Shown piece by piece: positions 27,635 to 28,449 of a DNA stretch of 28,449 nt. The position numbers and the translations under genes are program-made. The DNA is from Bdellovibrionota bacterium FG-2 (GTDB lineage: Bacteria > Bdellovibrionota > UBA1018), in contig JBBCAV010000157.1 in NCBI GenBank assembly GCA_051382305.1, forward strand, positions 1 through 28,449. Reading direction: 5' to 3'. How positions within the stretch are numbered: position 1 is the first letter of the stretch; each line of letters begins with the position of its first letter. The notes beneath the pieces are model-generated. The model was not told the DNA's origin and did no database searches. It saw only the letters and a list, made by a program, of their open reading frames with translations.

Positions 27635-28353
27635 TTCAGTTTTGACCTGACTTTTTTGGCTTCCGAACTTTTAGGGAATTTCTCGGCCAGTTCCTGAAAG
27701 AATCCTTTTGCATCATCTTTCATTCCAAGCGCCTCAAAGGAGAGTCCGATTTTGTAAAGAGCTTCAGGATTGTGGTGCGACCGAGGGAACTTCTCAGGAA
27801 ATTTCGAGTAGTCCACGATCGCTTTTTTATACTGTTTTAACTGATAATAAGCTTCTGCGCGCTGAAACGTTGCTTCTTGAATTTTCTTAGCTTTGGGGTG
27901 ATTTAGGTAAGTCGAAAGTGTTTCAATGGCCGTATCGAGGGTCCCTGCCTCTAACTGAGTACTGGCTTTAGTGTACAGTTCTTCCGGATCCTTGTTGAGG
28001 CTTGTTTCTTCCGCTGTTTTGAAATTCTCAATCAACAGAGCCTGCGCTTTTTCAAGTTCGACGACTCTGGTTTCAAGTTTCTTTTGATCTTCTTTTTGGG
28101 CCTGGTTTGCTGTTTCAGCTCCCTGTTTTTGGGTCCGTTCAAGGTCCTCAATTCGTCCGGTGAGACGAGTGATTTCGCTTTTGATTTCGTCAATCACGTA
28201 TTGCCCTTGTGGCTGGACGTCCTGAATGGGGGCTGCGACGGGCTTAGCAGTTTCGTCCCCACCTTCTTCTTTGATTTGTGTTCGAGTTTTAAGGCATCCC
28301 GATAAAATCAGACAAAGAGCCAAGCAAAAAGAGACGGTTCGAAGGTTTTTCAT
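27631..28353 (-). CDS. cpoB: CpoB/YbgF-like TPR lipoprotein
   Basis: Lipobox LSGC, coiled coil (EITRLTGRIEDLE) and TPRs ending PEALYKIGLSF...KFPKSSEA. No tol-pal genes are visible in the window, so the symbol is tentative. Confidence 0.78.
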   Translation of the reverse strand: MKNLRTVSFCLALCLILSGCLKTRTQIKEEGGDETAKPVAAPIQDVQPQGQYVIDEIKSEITRLTGRIEDLERTQKQGAETANQAQKEDQKKLETRVVELEKAQALLIENFKTAEETSLNKDPEELYTKASTQLEAGTLDTAIETLSTYLNHPKAKKIQEATFQRAEAYYQLKQYKKAIVDYSKFPEKFPRSHHNPEALYKIGLSFEALGMKDDAKGFFQELAEKFPKSSEAKKVRSKLK

Positions 28354-28388
28354 CCTCTTAATATCGCATTCAGGAGTGAGGAGGGCAA
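28354..28388 (-). promoter_or_regulatory. Putative sigma70 promoter for the cpoB-smpB operon, leaderless geometry
   Basis: TTGCCC (28388-28383), 17 bp, TGn-GATATT (28365-28360), 6 nt, then ATG. Confidence 0.5.
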
Positions 28389-28393
28389 GAGGG

Positions 28394-28449
28394 TTAAGGA
28401 GTTGGTAGCCCTGAAGGCGCGGGAGTGGGTTGAGCGCCTGGGGCGGGCA
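28394..28449 (-). CDS. Possible Pro-rich C-terminus of an upstream gene (partial)
   Basis: One frame reads PAPGAQPTPAPSGLPTP-TAA, ending just before the putative -35 element. Confidence 0.4.
   Translation of the reverse strand, partial: PAPGAQPTPAPSGLPTP

Noticed and set aside
1279-28408. Numerous 60-150 aa ORFs antisense to or nested within long genes
   Set aside because: They overlap well-supported genes and have no recognisable motifs, so they are treated as shadow ORFs.
28395-28449. Possible tRNA or tmRNA 3' end (…GGGCTACCA on the minus strand)
   Set aside because: No T-arm (GTTCRA) is present. The segment reads better as a Pro-rich coding tail. No ssrA was recognised near smpB either.

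Overview
Bacterial chromosomal window with three blocks. The host is probably Bdellovibrionota-like, inferred from a TIGR02147/DUF4423-type gene, a DUF222-like HNH gene and a 'GGW..GG....D..NPWF' secreted protein. (1) 1-14457, minus strand: a tightly packed operon in which a 2-oxoacid:ferredoxin oxidoreductase (korA-korB) runs with only a 13-bp gap into an 11-subunit complex I (nuoA-B-C-D-H-I-J-K-L-M-N). The complex has no nuoEFG NADH-input module, and there is no ferredoxin gene in the window. A long-chain acyl-CoA ligase follows and runs off the left edge; it is missing from the ORF track. (2) 14609-21674, accessory region: a radical-SAM protein, a disrupted nucleoside phosphorylase, a probably frameshifted hypothetical gene, an HNH endonuclease, a TIGR02147-type HTH protein divergent from a secreted metzincin protease that is frameshifted in a poly-G tract, a coiled-coil protein and a YbhP-like EEP hydrolase. 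(3) 21671-28449, minus strand: a coupled operon cpoB/ybgF - UshA-like/tetraheme cytochrome fusion - tsaD - rsmA - FadL-like barrel - DUF502 - smpB. The best candidate for a novel system is the KorAB-'headless' complex I operon, a putative 2-oxoacid:quinone oxidoreductase proton pump. No rRNA, tRNA, CRISPR array or transposase was recognised. All family calls come from motif recognition, not database searches.
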